This document shows positions 23,538-37,014 of a DNA stretch of 64,000 nt, one piece after another (positions within the stretch are counted from its first letter, which is position 1; each line of letters begins with the position of its first letter). The position numbers and the translations under genes were made by a program. The DNA lies in contig JARDVH010000194.1 of assembly GCA_030324005.1 (NCBI GenBank), positions 4,130,181-4,194,180 on the forward strand. Reading direction: 5' to 3'. Source of the stretch: Negaprion brevirostris (taxonomy: Eukaryota). The notes below the pieces were generated by a model. The model had not been told where the DNA came from. It searched no databases and saw nothing but the letters and a program-made list of their open reading frames with translations.

Positions 23538-24370
23538 GTAAGTGGGAGTTCTACTCACAAACAGGGAATGAAAAGACACAAACTCAATTTACAAAATAAT
23601 GATTGAAATGCGAACCTTTGCAGGTCTTAATTGTAAAGGCAATGTGAGTGGAGAGAGGGTTAAGCACAGGTTAAAGAGATGTGTATTGTCTCCAGCCAGA
23701 AGAGTTTGTGAGATTTTGCAAGCCCAGGCAAGTCATGGGGGTTACAGATAGTGTGACAGATACCCAAGATCCCGCTTGAGGCCGTCCTCATGTGCGCAGA
23801 ACTTTGCTGTCACTTTCTGCTCAGCGACTGTGCACTGTGGTGTGTCATGAAGGCCACCTTGGAGAACGCTTCCCCGAAGATCACAGGCCAAATGCCCGTG
23901 ACCGCTGTAGTGTTCCCCAACAAGAAGAGTACACTCTTGCCTGCTGATTGTCGAGTGATTTTCATTTATCCGTTGTCGTAGCATCTGCATGGTCTCCCCA
24001 ATGTGCCATGCCTCGCAGCGTATCAGGTAGACAACATACCCCCATGATTTGCCTGGGCTTGCAAAATCTCACTAACTGCCCCGGCTGGAGACAATTCGCA
24101 CCTCTTTAACCTGTACCTAACCCTCTCTCGATTGGCATTGTCTGTATCTTTATGACCTGATTACCTGTAAAGACGTCATTCCAACCAATATTTGGTAAAT
24201 TGAGCTGATGTCTTTATATGCTCTGTTTGTGAACGGAACTTCCACTTACCTTTCCAGGGGCAGCGCTGCAAAAGCTAATGGCTTTTGCTACCAAATACAC
24301 CTGTTGGACTGGTGTTGTGAGACTTCTTACTGTGTTTACCCCAGTCCAACGCCGGCATCTCCAGATCATG
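23538..24370 (-). mobile_element. Penelope-like element with inverted terminal duplication in the J-C intron
   Basis: ORF 23742..23990 (LRQRINENHSTI...LLVGEHYSGHGH...AEQKV) is the GIY-YIG C-terminus. 23538-23742 is an inverted copy of ~24040-24250. PLE terminus ctggtgttgtgagacttcttactgtgtttaccccagtcc. Confidence 0.8.
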
Positions 24371-26131
24371 ACAAAGATACTTAGCATGGTTAAAAATTGG
24401 TCAATAGTGGCTTTGGTGGTTTTAAATTCACGGAAGGGAGAATGAAGAGTGACGATATAGAATGGATTTGGATAGAGAAAGGAAATTAAAGAATGGTGAT
24501 TTCAGCAGTCCTTGTGCTCAGGTGGAGGCGAAGCTGGACGCTGTATCTGTTGTGAAACTTAACGGTCTTGAGAAATGAAATGAACACGTGGTCAGAATCT
24601 TGTCTTGTGGTCAAAACAATATTACGTTGGTGTCATCAGTCGAGTCGGCCTCAGACGGAAAGTGGGTTCGATCGTGGGATCTGATGATCTTTGCATTCCG
24701 AAAGTTTATTTCAAGGGAACCGTTGCATTGCAGTGCTGCATGTTGGACTAACAATTGGTTAATTCAGTGACATTTGAGCAATTGGTATTTGTGGCCGTGT
24801 AGGTTGTCAGCGTACAACAGTGCACAGGTGCGTAGTCTCGTTTCGGTGTCAGATGATGTCACCGAGGCCCACATTGATATTGGAAATAAAAACATATATG
24901 AGAAGAAAAATGAATTCAATGTACATATAATTTTAGGCAACCATTTTGCGCCAGTTCAAAAAGAATGAAATGTTTGACACATTGAATTCACAATCATTTG
25001 GTCATCAATTTAAGTAATGACAAACACATTTAAATGTTCATTATCATCTCAATTCCTTGAACACAATGTCCATACCCCAATATTCTGCTCATAATTGATG
25101 GCTGGCGGTAGATGTGGAGCTGACTGCCCTAATGTTGACTCTATGACTAACCAAATTGTCAGTAGTTATCGCGAGATTATCAAAACATAGCTTTACAGTA
25201 CGGGAACCAGCTCCCTATCTTTTCCCTCACAGCTATTCACCAACAGATAAATGTACACAGGAACTTTCCAGGGTGTTTCATACGTGTTACGTCAATAAAA
25301 CTGAACATCTCATCCAACACCTTGTGAAACGCTCAATGCCCCGTTGCAATTTGCCAGAGAAAATTGAGATAAGTCTTCAAATAAATCTCAAATTCAGATT
25401 GCCAATGCGCTGCTAAACGAATTCTGAGTTGAATCTGTACCTGCTTGCATTGACCATAAATATGTAAAAGACATTCAAAAGCTTGGAAATTTCTGTGAAC
25501 TCAGTTAGTGCCCTCAAAATGTAGGTCGACTAGTATATGCAGCATAGAGTTTTTCTCAAGCTGTTGAGGCAAAACGCAATTTCCTGATGAGAGCATTGAT
25601 TTACACCCTGTAAGATGCGCCTCAGTTATGTCCCACAATGATGCAATGGCAGGAAATTCCAGGCAACTGTAATGATGAATAGGAATGAGTCAGGGGGATA
25701 CAATCTGCGATATGTCAACGATATCAACTCTCTCAACTCAGTGCTGAGAGTCAATCATGTCACCTTAAACACAAATATCTGTCCTATATTTTTGAAAACA
25801 ATTCAAGTGTTGTCAGGTTTGTTAGGCTAATAACATAAATGGAAGGTAATACACGGCAACGGATTAAGTCGGCAAACCGAGGAAAAATAAAATACTTTAA
25901 CCCACTTTTCACATCCTCATAAAAGTTATACTGACCATGAAATATCTTTCGAATATAGGCACTGGTCCATTCAGACAGATGATGCGATTAACGTGCTCTC
26001 AAATACAGCAATGTGATTCTGCCAGAATTATTTCATTTTGATATCGATGTTGGCTCAGGAATAAATTTTGGCTAACCATGTTAAAAAAGATTTAATTTTA
26101 GTCAAATAAGGGACTTGATTTGTAATTTTAG

Positions 26132-26431
26132 GACCGACTCCCCCAATCATCAGTCTGTCCTCCGAAACTGATGAGGGGTTTGTGCAGCTGATTTGTTTGA
26201 TCAGTGAATACAAACCAGAAAGCATTGGAGTGAGCTGGGAGAAGGATGGAAACGCCCTACAGTCTGGCTTCACCACGACGTCCCCATGTGCGACAGCAGA
26301 TGGAAAATTCCGATCCAGCAGCATCCTTAAGTTGCCGCTTCAGGACTGGAACAGCGGTTCCACGTACAGCTGCCAAGTGACCCATTCTGCTACCAACAGC
26401 CATAAACGGAAAGAAATTAGATCAACTTCAG
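26132..26431 (+). CDS. IgNAR: IgNAR constant domain C1 exon (copy A)
   Basis: ttttag acceptor, gtaagg donor, 300 nt; PPIISL...FVQLICLISEYKPESIGVSW...YSCQVTHSATNSHKRKEIRSTS matches IgNAR C1. Confidence 0.95.
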
Positions 26432-27438
26432 GTAAGGAAATGGAGCGAACTCACAATCTTCCAGATGTCATACAATCTTATTTTAATTTCAGGATTCAAT
26501 TCATTGGGAAGCTGGCACATAAATTATTCAATAAACATTAAAAATCCTGGAAAGAAAATCCAGAAAATTTTATGAAAACTCAGCAGTATGTTTGGNNNNN
26601 NNNNNNNNNNNNNNNNNNNNNNNNNNNNNNNNNNNNNNNNNNNNNNNNNNNNNNNNNNNNNNNNNNNNNNNNNNNNNNNNNNNNNNNNNNNNNNNAAATC
26701 TCAAATTCAGATTGCCAATGCGCTGCTAAACGAATTCTGAGTTAAATCTGTACCTGTTAGCATTGACCATAAATATGTAAAAGACACTAAACAGCTTGGA
26801 GATTTCTGTGAACTCAATTAGTGCTCTCAAAATATAGGTCCACTAGTATCTGCAGCATAGAGTTTTTCTCAAGCTGCTGAGGCAAAACGCAATTTCCTGA
26901 TGAGAGCATTAATTTACGCCCTGTAAGATGCGCCTCAGTTATGTCCCACAGTGATGCAATGGCAATAAATTCCAGGCAACTGTAATGATGAATAGGAATG
27001 AGTCAGGGGAATACAATCTGCGATATGTCAACTATATCAACTCAGTGCTGAGAGTCTAGCATGTCATCTTACACTAAATTATCTGGCCTATATTTTTGAA
27101 AACAATTCAAATGTTGTCAAGTTTGTTAGGCCAATGATATAAATGGAAAGTAATACACGACAATGGATTAAGTAGGTAAACCAAGAAAAAAAATACTTTA
27201 ACCCACTTTTCGCATTCTCATAAATGCTACACTGACCATGAAATATCTTCCGAACATAGGCACAGATTCATTCAGACAGATGATGCTGTTAATGTGCTCT
27301 CACATACAGCAATTTGATTCTACCAGAATTATTTCATTTCGATTTCGATGTTGGCTCAGGAATAAATTTTGGTTCACCACGAGGAAAACGATTTAATTTT
27401 AGTCATATAAGAGACTAAGACCTGTTTTGTAATTTTAG

Positions 27439-27665
27439 GAGGAACTTCTCCAATCATCAGTCTCTCCACTGAAACTGATGAGGGGTTTGTGCAGCTGATT
27501 TGTTTGATCGGCGAATACAAACCTGAAAGCATTGGGGTGAGCTGGGAGAAGAATGGAAATGCCCTACAGTCTGGCTTCACCACCACATCCCCATGTAAAT
27601 CAGCAGATGGAAAATTCCAATCCAGTAGCATCCTAAAATTGCCACTTCAGGAATGGAACAGCGGT
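27439..27665 (+). CDS. IgNAR: IgNAR C1 exon (copy B), truncated by gap
   Basis: Same acceptor context; GGTSPIISLSTETDEGFVQLICLIGEY...LPLQEWNSG; 9 of 76 residues differ from copy A. Confidence 0.9.
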
Positions 27666-28169
27666 NNNNNNNNNNNNNNNNNNNNNNNNNNNNNNNNNNN
27701 NNNNNNNNNNNNNNNNNNNNNNNNNNNNNNNNNNNNNNNNNNNNNNNNNNNNNNNNNNNNNNNNNAAGCCTCCACATCCTTCCTGTAATGTGGGGACCAG
27801 AACTGCACACAGTACTCCAAGTGCGGCCGCACCAGAGTTGAAGAAGGACCAGGGAGTATTGCCAGTTTGAACTAGCAGTGAATTTCTGCCGTGCTTTATT
27901 TCGATGGCACTGGGGTGGAGAATATAACCAAATTTTACTGCAATTCTCGGGCTTTGTTAACATTTCGCCTTTTTTGCTTTCCCATTTCAGGAAGGACACA
28001 CTTAGAATGTATATGTTATTATGAAAATTCACAAGCTGGTTTCATAGAATGAGACTGTGTATGAATGATGAGAGATTGAGTAAGTTTGGACTATGCGCTC
28101 AGGCGAATAGTTTAGTAGCATGTCAAATTATAACGCCATACTCGGTCCTGATTTTTTTTTTTTGGCTGC

Positions 28170-28510
28170 ACCCCACAAGTTCAATCACATTCTTCCTACA
28201 ATCTGGCCACCAGAACTGCGCGCAATGCACGAGCTATGGCCTCACCAAAGTTCGATACAACTATAACATGATTTCCCTGATTTTGTGATCTATAACTCGA
28301 TGGAGAAGGGCAAGTGTTGAAATACTTTTTTTCACCACCTTGCTATCATGCCCTTCGGTCTTCAGGGTTTTATGGACATATACGTCAAGGATTTTTTTTC
28401 GACATAATTTCCGAGTTCAACCAACACTGATTTGTCAAATGACTCCATTCAACGTGTATCACGTCACACATTTCATGCTTACACTCCATCTGCCACTTAT
28501 CTGCCCAGTG
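28170..28510 (-). mobile_element. Degenerate CR1 fragment
   Basis: WADKWQMECKHEMCDVIH motif on the minus strand. Confidence 0.65.
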
Positions 28511-28928
28511 GACATCCTGTGAGTGGTCAGTTGGAGTAAAAGTTGCAGGAAAAACACTACAATAAAATTGGTTGGAATTCATTCAGCTGTAATGGCCAAG
28601 CTGCTTAATGATACTTTTCAGTGAAGTTTTGAAAGGCTGAAAGTCCTCATTTTGTTGTCTATCTTTCTCCTTTTCAACTACGGTGGCTGAAGTACCCGGT
28701 GTTGATTACAATTGGGAAAATGTTGCAACAGACAATTTTCAGACGCCTTCTCATGAATGTTATACTTCGGGTAAATAATGTATTGAGTATAATGTATTAA
28801 CAATATTGCGAAAGTATAGCGACAGGTCACGAAATCAATCTAGGTGGAATAGATCAGAAACATAGACCGTCATTTCTTCCTCGAGCTATTTTTTCCCATT
28901 CTGACTCCCTCCCTCTCCATCTCTCTCT

Positions 28929-28946
28929 CACACACACGTGCCCACA

Positions 28947-28986
<40 letters not shown>
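28929..28986 (+). repeat. (CA)n microsatellite
   Basis: Direct observation; much shorter in the paralogous intron near 29880-29910. Confidence 0.9.
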
Positions 28987-28991
<5 letters not shown>

Positions 28992-29497
28992 TCGTTTTCT
29001 TTCCTCTCTGTGTGTGTCTCTCTACCACTTGATTTCTCGCACATTGTCTCAAGCAGAAACAAACGGTTTGAGAACTCGGTATCCAAGAGCTGAACTTCCG
29101 GTCTCATATCTTCTTCATATCTTCTCTGACTCCCTGCTCCTGCAGCTTCCTACCTCTCCATCTCATTTTCTCCTGCTCCCTACTTTATTGTTTCTTTCTC
29201 AATCCATGCTTCTGAATTTTGCTGCACATGGCACTTTCTGTTGCATTTCTTTATGCCTCACTGTATATGCCAGTAGTCCTCAGCCAGTTGCACAGTCTCA
29301 ATGCACCATTCAGTATTGTGTTTCATATCAGCATCTCGCCAAACTGCAAAATTATAATTCACATTTAAGAAGACCCAGTAAAGACAAAAAATGCCAGGCT
29401 AACAGTTCTCATTGACATCAAAATTCTCCGTATCAACGAAATCGTTACCATTAATGCCTGTCATTGATTCAGGATTTATGTTATTTTCCATTGACAG

Positions 29498-29538
29498 AAA
29501 TCACAGTATTTCTCAGAGACCCCTCACTTGAAGAAATT
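29498..29538 (+). CDS. IgNAR: IgNAR C2 exon start (copy A), truncated by gap
   Basis: ttgacag acceptor, then EITVFLRDPSLEEI. Confidence 0.85.
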
Positions 29539-30419
29539 NNNNNNNNNNNNNNNNNNNNNNNNNNNNNNNNNNNNNNNNNNNNNNNNNNNNNNNNNNNNNN
29601 NNNNNNNNNNNNNNNNNNNNNNNNNNNNNNNNNNNNNNAGTTCCCAATGTTGATTACAATTGGGAAAATGTTGCAACCGACAGTTTTCATACGCCTTCTC
29701 ATGAATGTTATACTTTGGGTAAATAATGTATTGAGTATAATGTATTAACAATATTGCGAAAATATAGCGACATGTCACCAAATCAATCTAGGTGGAAGAG
29801 AACAGAAACATAGATCGTCATTTCTTCCTCGAGCTATTTTTTTCCGATTCTGACACCCTCCCTCTCTATCTCTGTCACACCCACGTGCGCACAGTCACAC
29901 ACAAACACACACAGAAACTCGTTTTCATTCCTCTCTGTGTATCTCTCTCTACCACTTGATTTCTCACACATTGTCACAAGCAGAAACAAACCGTTTGTGA
30001 ACTCTGCATCCAACAGCTGAACTTCCAATCTCATATCCTCTTCACGTATGTTTCTGATTCCCTCCTCCTGCAGCTTCCTCTCCATTTCACTTTCTCCTGC
30101 TCCCTACTTTATTGTTTCTTTCTCAATCTATGTTTCTGAATCTGGCTGCACATGGCACTTTCTGTTGCATTTCTTTATGCCTCACTGTAGATGCCAATAC
30201 TCCTCAGCCAGTTGCACAGTCTAAATTCACCGTTCAGTATTGTGTTTCATGTCAGCATCTTGCCAAACTGCAGAATTATAATTCACATTTAAGGTAACTC
30301 AGCAAAGACAAAAAATGCCACCCGAACGGTTCTCACTGACATTAAAATTCTCGTTATAAACGAAATCATGATCATTAAAGCCTGCCATTGATTCAGGATT
30401 TGTTATTTTCCATTGACAG

Positions 30420-30719
30420 AAATCACAGTATTTCTCAGAGACCCCTCACTTGAACAAATTTGGATAAAGAAAACTGTCACACTTATTTGTGAAGTGGTAT
30501 CCACAGTTCCCAGTGTGGTTGGGATCTCTTGGACAGTGGATGGTAAGAAAAGGACCAAAGGTGTTCAAACTGAAAGACCTGAACAAAGAAACAAGTATCT
30601 GACCATCAGCAGCTTGACCAGCAGTGTGGAGGAGTGGGATCGTGGGGCTGAATACAACTGTTTAGCACAACAGAGCCAATCATCGATTCCGGTCTCAAAA
30701 CGAACACAAAAGTTAAAAG
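30420..30719 (+). CDS. IgNAR: IgNAR constant domain C2 exon
   Basis: 300 nt, ag/gt bounded; EITVFLRDPSLEQIWIKKTVTLICEV...YLTISSLTSSVEEWDRGAEYNC. Confidence 0.95.
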
Positions 30720-30807
30720 GTGAGTTATAGCACGATGAGCAAACACAATCGTTCTTTTCTGAATGACAATGGAGGGATGGAAATCACTGGTTGTTATTCT
30801 GTTGCAG

Positions 30808-31125
30808 TCGAGCCATCGAAGCCCAATCTCCAACTCCTGCCTCCATCAGCAGAGGAGCTTCAAAGTTCCAGGGTCGCGACTCTCACTTGTTTGATAAGAG
30901 GATTCTACCCGGACAAAATATCCATTTCCTGGGAGAAGAACGGAGCTGTTTTGAGCTCGAACATCACTCGCTTCCCCACTGCTCTGGAACAGGACCAGAC
31001 CTTCAGCACAAGCAGCCTCCTCATTTTACCGGCAGGGGAGTGGAAGACAGGAGCAAGATACACCTGTACCGTTTCACATCCAGCTACAAAATTCACCGGA
31101 CAGAAGACGATCAACAGCCCGAAAG
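30808..31125 (+). CDS. IgNAR: IgNAR constant domain C3 exon
   Basis: 318 nt after an 88-nt intron; EPSKPNLQLLPPSAEELQSSRVATLTCLIRGFYPDKISISW...PTALEQDQTFST...YTCTVSHP. Confidence 0.95.
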
Positions 31126-31359
31126 GTAAGCACAGTTTGTTGGAATGTTTTTCTTTTCAAAAATAAGACTTTTCACTTAACCAGGCCACAATATCCAAAA
31201 GAGAATATACTAACGAGCAGATTCAAGTAGGGTCCAGCAAATCCAAAATGTTTGTACACCAATTAATGTGTCTTCTCATCCGAAAGGAGATGATAGTCAA
31301 CACTCAATTGGAAGACCCAAGCAAGCTACCTGATAATCCAATGAAATGAACAGTTGAAG

Positions 31360-31575
31360 GATGTGCAAAGATGTGCAGATTAGGTTTATTGGCCACGCTA
31401 AAATTGCCCCTTAGTGTCCTGAGATGCGTAGGTTAGAGGGATTACCGGGTAAATCATGGAGCGATTTTGGGGTCGGGCCTGGGTGGGATTGTGTTTGTTG
31501 CGGACTTGATGGGCCAAATGACCTTTTTCTGTACTGCAGGGTTTCTACGATGATGATGATGATGACTCTATGACG
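31360..31575 (+). mobile_element. tRNA-derived shark SINE, 3' part
   Basis: aaagatgtgcagattagg...ggccacgctaaaattgccccttagtgtcc...gggtttctacg with a (GAT)n tail. Confidence 0.75.
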
Positions 31576-32684
31576 ATGAAAATGCCTGTTAGTTCATTGG
31601 GCAGTTTTCTGCTGATGAGAACATGCTTTGACACAGTGCAGAGCAGTGCATTAAGACAATGAAGGCACCGCACGTTGAGGGAGGAGACGTTCCCACCTCT
31701 CTCTTCCACACTCAACTTACTGTTTTAACGCAGCACAATACTGTGTGCTCCTGTTCAGCCAACTGAAAGTCAGGAACAACCAACTGTTAAGGCATTCAAC
31801 CAAATAATGGGAAGAAATGCGCTCATTTCTAGTCTTAAAAGTACAGTCAAATTTGGGATAGATATCACAGGGTCTAATCAAAGTCAGTTTTCATGCCCTA
31901 AAACTAACAAGTGCCCAGTGCTTTTGATCAAAGAAATCACCTCTCATGATGTACTTATAATTTATGATTGGATTTTTTTTTCAGAACACAAACATTCTCT
32001 CTGCAATAATTGCACAGGCATCTCTGCAATAGCACCGGGAAAATTAAAACTTCCCAGAATATCAGGTTATGCTCTGGCATTTGATAATTTAATTGATCTT
32101 GTCAGTTCTCCATCCCGTCTCGAGCCACCATTTGTACAGTAGCAGTAAATAACAGTTCAATTCTCTATTCAGTATAGCTTGCCATGTATGAGTTCCAATC
32201 AAATGAAAATCCAATTAACCCGTGATTCTCTCATTGTACTGTCACTACTGGTCTTTGCTGCATATGTTGGCACTTGAGGGAAGTTCTTTGGCTGCAATGA
32301 CTGAGGCACCTCCCCGCACTCTTGCACTAACAAGTATTACAATTTCACGAACAAAATGGTGACAAATTCTTGCCAAGCTCGTAAAATGGAGCACATACAC
32401 TTGGGAAGCATCATTAGGTTTTAATAGCTTCTTATGCAATGTAACAGCTCTCAAGTTCGGCTGTTGTGCTTCACCAGGCTTTCCACATTAAAACAGTGGC
32501 TGTTGAAAGTTACAGTCATCTCATCAAATCCAGGAAATATAGAGGGACCCATTCTTTCATCATCCTACGGCCAAAAGGGCCATTTTGGAGACGGAATGTT
32601 TCCACTTCTGATGAAGTAAAGACTTCACGTGACTCTGATGTATTTGTGTTAAGTTAGGCGGTTGATATCCTGACTTCACACTGA

Positions 32685-33460
32685 CAGAACACAGAACATA
32701 GAACAGTACAGCACCGTACAGGCACTTGGGCCCTCGATGTTGCGCTGTGCTATGTCCAAACCCAAGAACAAGCTTTCCCACTCGCTATCATTCTGGTGTG
32801 CTCCATGTGCCCATCCAATAACCACTTGAGAGTTCCTAAAGTGTCCGACTCCACTATCACAGCAGGCAGTCCACTCCACACCCCAACCGCTCTGTGAGTA
32901 ATGAATATACCTCGGACGTCCGTCCTATATCTCCCATCATGAAACTTATAGTTATGCCCCCGAGTAACAACGACATCCAATTGAGGGAATAATCTCTGCA
33001 CGTTCACTCTATCTATTCCCGTCAACATCTTATAAACCTCTATGAAGTCGCCTCTCATCCTCCCCCACAGTACAGAGAAAACCCCAGCTCCCTCAGCCTT
33101 TCATCATAAGGCTTCCCCTCCAAACCAGGCAGCATCTCCCCTGCTAAATCTCCTCTGCACACTCTCCAATGCTTCCACATCCTTCTTCGAGCGAGGTGAC
33201 CAGAACTGCATACAATCTTCCAAATGTGGTCTCACGAAGTCCGGTATAGTTGCAGCATAACTCCAGGGCTCTAAAACTCAACCCCCCTGTTAATGAACGC
33301 TAATGCCTTTTTCATGGCTTTATCCACTTGAGTAGCAATCTTCAGAGATCTTCGAATACGAATCCCAAGATCCCTATGCTCCTCCACATTCCTCACAACC
33401 CTGCCGTTGATCCTGTAATCCGCAATCATGATTGTCCTCCCAAAATGAATCACCTCACAC
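32685..33460 (-). mobile_element. CR1 LINE 3' portion
   Basis: MRGDFIEVYKML...TRGHNYKF and KCEVIHFGR...EEHRDLG motifs. Confidence 0.85.
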
Positions 33461-36044
33461 TTATTCAAGAAGAATCTGTGGGCGTCGCTGCCTCGGCAAA
33501 CATTTATTTCCCATCGCTGAATACCCTTGAGAAGATATGGAGTGAGCCGCCTTCTTGAACGACTGCAGTCCACATGGTTGAGGTGAACCCACAGTTGTGT
33601 TGGACAGGGACATCCAGGATTTTGACCCAGGGATGTTAAAAGGAGACAGTATATTTCCAGTACACAATACATCCTGACTTGGAAATATATGGGTCCTCCC
33701 CTTCATTTTCCCGAAGGCAAAATCATGTAAACCCCAACACAACTGCACTGTGGACGGACAAACACCACATTGATGACAGCATTTCAGGAAAGGGAATCAC
33801 TATTATCTTCTGAAAGGCAATTGGGGTTCTTGTTTTTGTGGAGTCACTGATTTAAGAGGGCATTTGGCAGAGACAGGCAAAGTGACCTTCCTTTTTAGAT
33901 GTAATAACAGAAAACAGTGTTTAAATGATACTGTTAAAGGTTTCACGCTTCCTCATGTAGTTCCAAGTTAACTGTTGGGAAATAAACCAAATGCATCTCA
34001 GTAGAATGACTGGGAGGATTACCTGAAGGTTCCAGTTGGTGAAACCAACCCGCTTCCTGCACGGGGATTTTATTGTTTGCTATTTTGTTGCAAAATGCAA
34101 TCACGTTGGTGCTCTGTTGTTTCAAATTAATTTGATGGGTCATTATATTTCAGACAAACTTCCAAACTTTTCATGGCTTTTTCCCCTACTCATGTTTTAT
34201 GTTGATGCCAATTAAGGAAAACCAATACAACAAAAAAGGTTGCTGTTCCAAAAATGTTTTCAGGAACAGGCAGAGTTAGCGATGCATTTGTACAAATCAG
34301 TGAGGAGTGCCGGGAAGGTTGAATAAATGGTTAAACATAACAAGATCTTGGGCTGTTCAAACACAAACACTTCGCTCTTGATCAAGGACATGCTGTTCAA
34401 ACTTTCTTCAATACAGCTTTGAGCTAAATTGAATAGGGTGCCTAATTCTGGGCAGCAAATCCGTTCCATTATAGGCATGTTAGTAAATTCGAAGATTACC
34501 ACTTCGGATGAATGTGACTTTCTTATGAGTTTCAGAGAGGTGCTGTATGTTTCTCGGTGGCAGATAAGGGGAAGAATGTGTAGTGATTTAAAATTTGTGG
34601 TTTAGATGTTAATGTACTTCTGCAAGCACGTTGAAAGATGATAACGACTGATATTAATATTGTCAGGGAAACACCAATCGACAAAGATAAAATGCTTGCA
34701 GGAGTGGCAGAAGTGACAATCAGAGTAAATGAGCAGAAAGGATGTAAAGACTTGGAGGTTGAATTTGAATTGATGGAAATTAAGAATCGCAAAAGTGAAA
34801 TAAAAGCTTTTGCTTTGGAGTTCTATATGGACTCGTTTCCTACAGAGTCAAACTCTTGGACATACCATTAAGCAATATTCCACACTAGCTTCGAACAAAT
34901 GCAATATAATTATTGTGGATGTAGTTGTTGTGGTGGGCGTGGGGGAGGGGTTTTAATCTCCATATATCCAAGTCAGAGAGGAATCCATCTCAACACATAA
35001 TACAGCGCTCTGTGGAAGTGGAAACTATGTTGAGGACACACATGGACTGCAATGAGGCATATAGGAACTGAACAACAATTGGGTGAAGGTGAGTAATGTG
35101 AGGAATTGTGGAGAAATTAATTTTGGCAAGAACAAGAGAAAATTAAGACATTTATAAAGTTACATAATTAGCTAATATGTGTTTCTGTATTGACTGAGGT
35201 GCATTCTTACCACGAATTCAGAAAACTATCATTCAGGTCGAGGAAGAAAATAGAACGGAAAACTCAATTTTCCGGCCTCCCACCATGTGGTCCTGGCAGC
35301 GAGAGGTGGCACATTGTTTGCGACTGGTGGGATTCTCATATCTCACTGCTGTGAATGGGAAATCCCACTGGCGTTACACCACGCCAGTAGGAAACCCGCC
35401 GGCACTGTTGTGCTGCTGGAGGGACCAGGGAATACTGCCAGTTTGAACGAGCAGTGAATTTCTGCCGTCCTTCATTTCGATGACACTGGAGTGGAGAATA
35501 TAACCAAATTTTACTTCAATTCTACGGGCTTTGTTAACACTTCGCCTGTTTTGCTGTGTTTTACGATTCCCATTTCGGGAATGACACACTGAGAATGTGT
35601 ATGTTATTATGAAAGTTCACAAGCTGGTTTCATGGAATGAGGCTGTGTATGAATGGTGAGAGATTGGGTAAGTTTGGACTATGCGCTCAGGCGAATAGTT
35701 TCGTAGAATGTCAAATTATAACGCCATACTCGACCCTGAAAAAAATTTACATCGACGCTGAGAGGGTATTTTCCTTGGCCGGGGTCTCCAGAATGTGGGC
35801 ACAGCATTTAAGATAACAGGGCTCTTTGAATTGAGTTGAAGAATATTTGATCAGATAAGTAGTTCTAACTCTTTTATAATTCCCGAGCGCAAAGGCTTGT
35901 GGATGCTTCGTCGTCTACCAGATCTAAGTGTTGATCAATCAAGCGACCTGTGTTTGTGGGCGGGGAGATATAGTCCATAACAAGGATCCTTGTCATCTTG
36001 AATGGTAGCAGAAAATTGAAATACCGAATGGCCTTCTCCTGCTC

Positions 36045-36345
36045 ATAGAATCCCTATAGCACAGAAGGATGCCATTCGGCCCATTGAGCCTGCACCAACC
36101 ACCAACCCATTAATGCCCTATCCCGTAACCCTACACATTTACCCTGCTAATCCTCTGACACCAGGGTCAATTTACCATGGCCAATGAACCCAACACACGC
36201 ATCTTTTGACTGTGGGAGGAAAACGGGGCACCCGGAGGAAACCCACGCAGACACGGAAAGAATGTGCAAACTCAAGAGAGACAGTGATCTGAGGCCAGAA
36301 TTGAACCTGTCTCCATGGCGCTGTGAGGCAGCAGTGCTAATTACA
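36045..36345 (-). mobile_element. tRNA-derived shark SINE
   Basis: Reverse complement of the same family (gactgtgggaggaaa...acccacgcagacacg...gctgtgaggcagcagtgctaa). Confidence 0.8.
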
Positions 36346-37014
36346 CCTGATGTTCTTATTCTCTGGCCAGAGATATGTCTTTAACCTAAATTTAAATGGC
36401 TTATTTCCCGTTTTGGTTAGTATTGCTGTCTCGGTGTTAAAGAACCAGTGGTATGGAATGGGATAGAGAAGGCCTGCCCATTTTCAGACACTTAAATGTT
36501 GTGAACCTCAGGGTCAGACATATCATCATAATAATATATATGTGGCCACTCCACATTTGAAAACAGGTATATTTGATTTGCTTGAAAACCCAGCAATGCT
36601 GAACAGTCTGAACTTAACTGGCATTTGCTTTCCTCTTTAACTTTGCCAAACTCTATGCGAGAGGGACTTTCGTGTCAAATGATGAGGCATATCTGCAAAA
36701 TCGGATGAAGGGCAAGTTTTTGTTTTAGGGGTATAATCTCAGCTGAAATGCAGGGTACATTGTTTTTTACTTTATTTGAGCATTCGATTGCACATATGTA
36801 TTCACTGGGCAATGATTGAAATGAGCCATAAGGAGGAAATTAATGTGGCAAGGAGCACAAAGAAACTCATCAACTCAGCTGCAACAAGATAACATAATCT
36901 CAAAGCATATTGCAGTAAGTATTTTCCACGTTTGTTTTTTGTTAGCATGGAGTCGTTGTTGCCAACAGTGATTTCAACATGAAATATTAAAATAACCCTT
37001 CACATTCTTCCTAG

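Noticed and set aside
35385-35410. Perfect hairpin ACTGGCGT-TACACC-ACGCCAGT
   Set aside because: Lies inside a MITE-like repeat (~35260-35466), where internal palindromes are expected.
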